Source: an uncultured archaeon (GTDB lineage: Archaea; Aenigmatarchaeota; Aenigmatarchaeia; CG10238-14; SCSR01). Taken from it: 33,004 nt of DNA. Location: the NCBI GenBank assembly GCA_964366355.1, contig CAYITO010000004.1:1-33004 (forward strand), read 5' to 3'. Made by a program: the position numbers and the translations under genes. Numbering within the stretch: position 1 is the stretch's first letter; every line of letters begins with the position of its first letter. Under the pieces are notes generated by a model. It was not told the origin of the DNA, ran no database searches, and was given only the letters and a program-made list of their open reading frames with translations. Below are positions 31,882-33,004 of the stretch, piece by piece.

Positions 31882-33004
31882 TCATCTCTCAAGGATGAAT
31901 GCTTTCTTAGCCAGAGGCTTTTCTCTGACTTCTTGTATCAGCATCTCCATCCTTTCGCCTGTACCAACAATTACCTCCTCTTCCAGGAATTTCCTTACGC
32001 GGTCAAGCTTTCTTGATTTTTCAGCATAGACAGTAAGCACTTTCTCGCCCTTCTTGATTCCATCACCGACTTTTTTGTAAATCTTCACCCCAGCCCCCTT
32101 GTCCTTCGGCGAGCCGGCAGCCCTGGCCAGTTCAACCATATGATTATTGTCAATCCACAGCAGATAGCCGGATTTCTCGGCTGCGATATCCAAACCAAAC
32201 CCCCCGATTTCTATCTGGTCAGGCTTTATGTCATGATTACCCCCCTGCTCCATGATTATTTCCCTCATCTTGCTTTCTGCCTTTCCTGATTTCAAAATCT
32301 CCATTGCCAACTGCTTTCCGTCACGCTTACCAACCATGCTAAACAAAATTCCAGCTATGTCAGTAACCTTGTCAACCAGATCAGGAATATTCTTAGTCCT
32401 CATCAAGACTTCCAATGCCTCAATTGCCTCAAGCGCAGGACCAACAGTATAGCCAATCGGCTGCTCACCATAGGTGATCGCACACCTTGTCTGAATCTCC
32501 ATCCTCTTGCCCAATTCTATGAAATCCTTCGCCAGCAAATTCGCATCACCAATTGTTTTTACCTTCGTTCCTCTCCCAGTCGGTATATCAATCACGACGT
32601 GAGTAGAACCTACAGCCTTTTTTTTAGCCATTATTGAAGGCAGCATTAGCGGATCTATAGCCAGCGGATATTCAACTTGAACAAAAATGTCATCTGCAGG
32701 TGCAAGCCTCAATGCTCCTCCCCATGTAATGCAACCATTTGTTTTTCCAACCACATCGTTTATTTCATCAATACCCAAATCGACAGGCATTAGGACTTCA
32801 GCCTTGTCGGCGGTGCCGGCGGCGCCCGTTATTGCCCTTGACGATGTTTTTGGTATAGTAAATCCTGCTGCAGCCACAATAGGAACTAAAAGCAAAGTAG
32901 TCTTGTCACCAATACAGCCTCCCACCGAGTGCTTGTCCAAAATCGGTTTCTTTCCCAAATTCAATTTCTCCCCGGTTTCGACCATCGCGTTCGCCAGACC
33001 CGTA
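31882..33004 (-). CDS. AMP phosphorylase (thymidine phosphorylase family), 5' end lies outside the window
   Basis: DKHSVGG..G.KT, PKTSSRAITGAAGTAD, WGGA..LAPADD, SIMAKK, G.QPIG..VGPALEA and ARAAGSPKDKGAG. Confidence 0.95.
   Translation of the reverse strand, partial: TGLANAMVETGEKLNLGKKPILDKHSVGGCIGDKTTLLLVPIVAAAGFTIPKTSSRAITGAAGTADKAEVLMPVDLGIDEINDVVGKTNGCITWGGALRLAPADDIFVQVEYPLAIDPLMLPSIMAKKKAVGSTHVVIDIPTGRGTKVKTIGDANLLAKDFIELGKRMEIQTRCAITYGEQPIGYTVGPALEAIEALEVLMRTKNIPDLVDKVTDIAGILFSMVGKRDGKQLAMEILKSGKAESKMREIIMEQGGNHDIKPDQIEIGGFGLDIAAEKSGYLLWIDNNHMVELARAAGSPKDKGAGVKIYKKVGDGIKKGEKVLTVYAEKSRKLDRVRKFLEEEVIVGTGERMEMLIQEVREKPLAKKAFILER

Noticed and set aside
977-32452. Numerous 60-170 aa antisense or alternate-frame ORFs in the track (e.g. 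7526, 17423, 18601, 30288)
   Set aside because: They overlap well-supported genes entirely or almost entirely and show no motifs or start signals.

Overview
This is a compact archaeal chromosome segment. DPANN affinity (possibly Aenigmatarchaeota-like) is an inference from gene content and density. The two ends carry housekeeping genes. On the left are radA (3' part), bud32, rps15, rps3ae, a site-2 protease, tRNA-Leu(CAG), an NDP-sugar nucleotidyltransferase, a Trm5/Taw2-family enzyme and dph5. On the right are alba and AMP phosphorylase (3' part). A ~0.55 kb RelBE-only cassette sits between the tRNA-Leu 3' end and a 23/25-bp copy of it. The central ~24.5 kb (6906-31468) is one divergent cell-surface locus hinged on a 40-bp intergenic region containing a palindrome. 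Leftward are about eight related polytopic membrane proteins, two paralogues sharing a perfect 40-bp block, an SPFH-like protein and two coiled-coil proteins. Rightward are a type IV pilus/T2SS-family ATPase, a TadB/C-like platform and eleven pilin-like genes. The most striking feature is the muralytic cargo. The first pilin-like protein carries a lytic transglycosylase (SLT) domain and an M23 peptidase domain with intact catalytic motifs, and the convergent membrane protein closing the locus ends in a second SLT-like domain. Other pilins carry beta/gamma-crystallin (behind a frameshift), carbohydrate-binding-like and Cys-rich modules. The candidate system is an archaeal pilus-based apparatus for attaching to and opening bacterial peptidoglycan. 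All calls come from reading motifs by eye; no searches were run.
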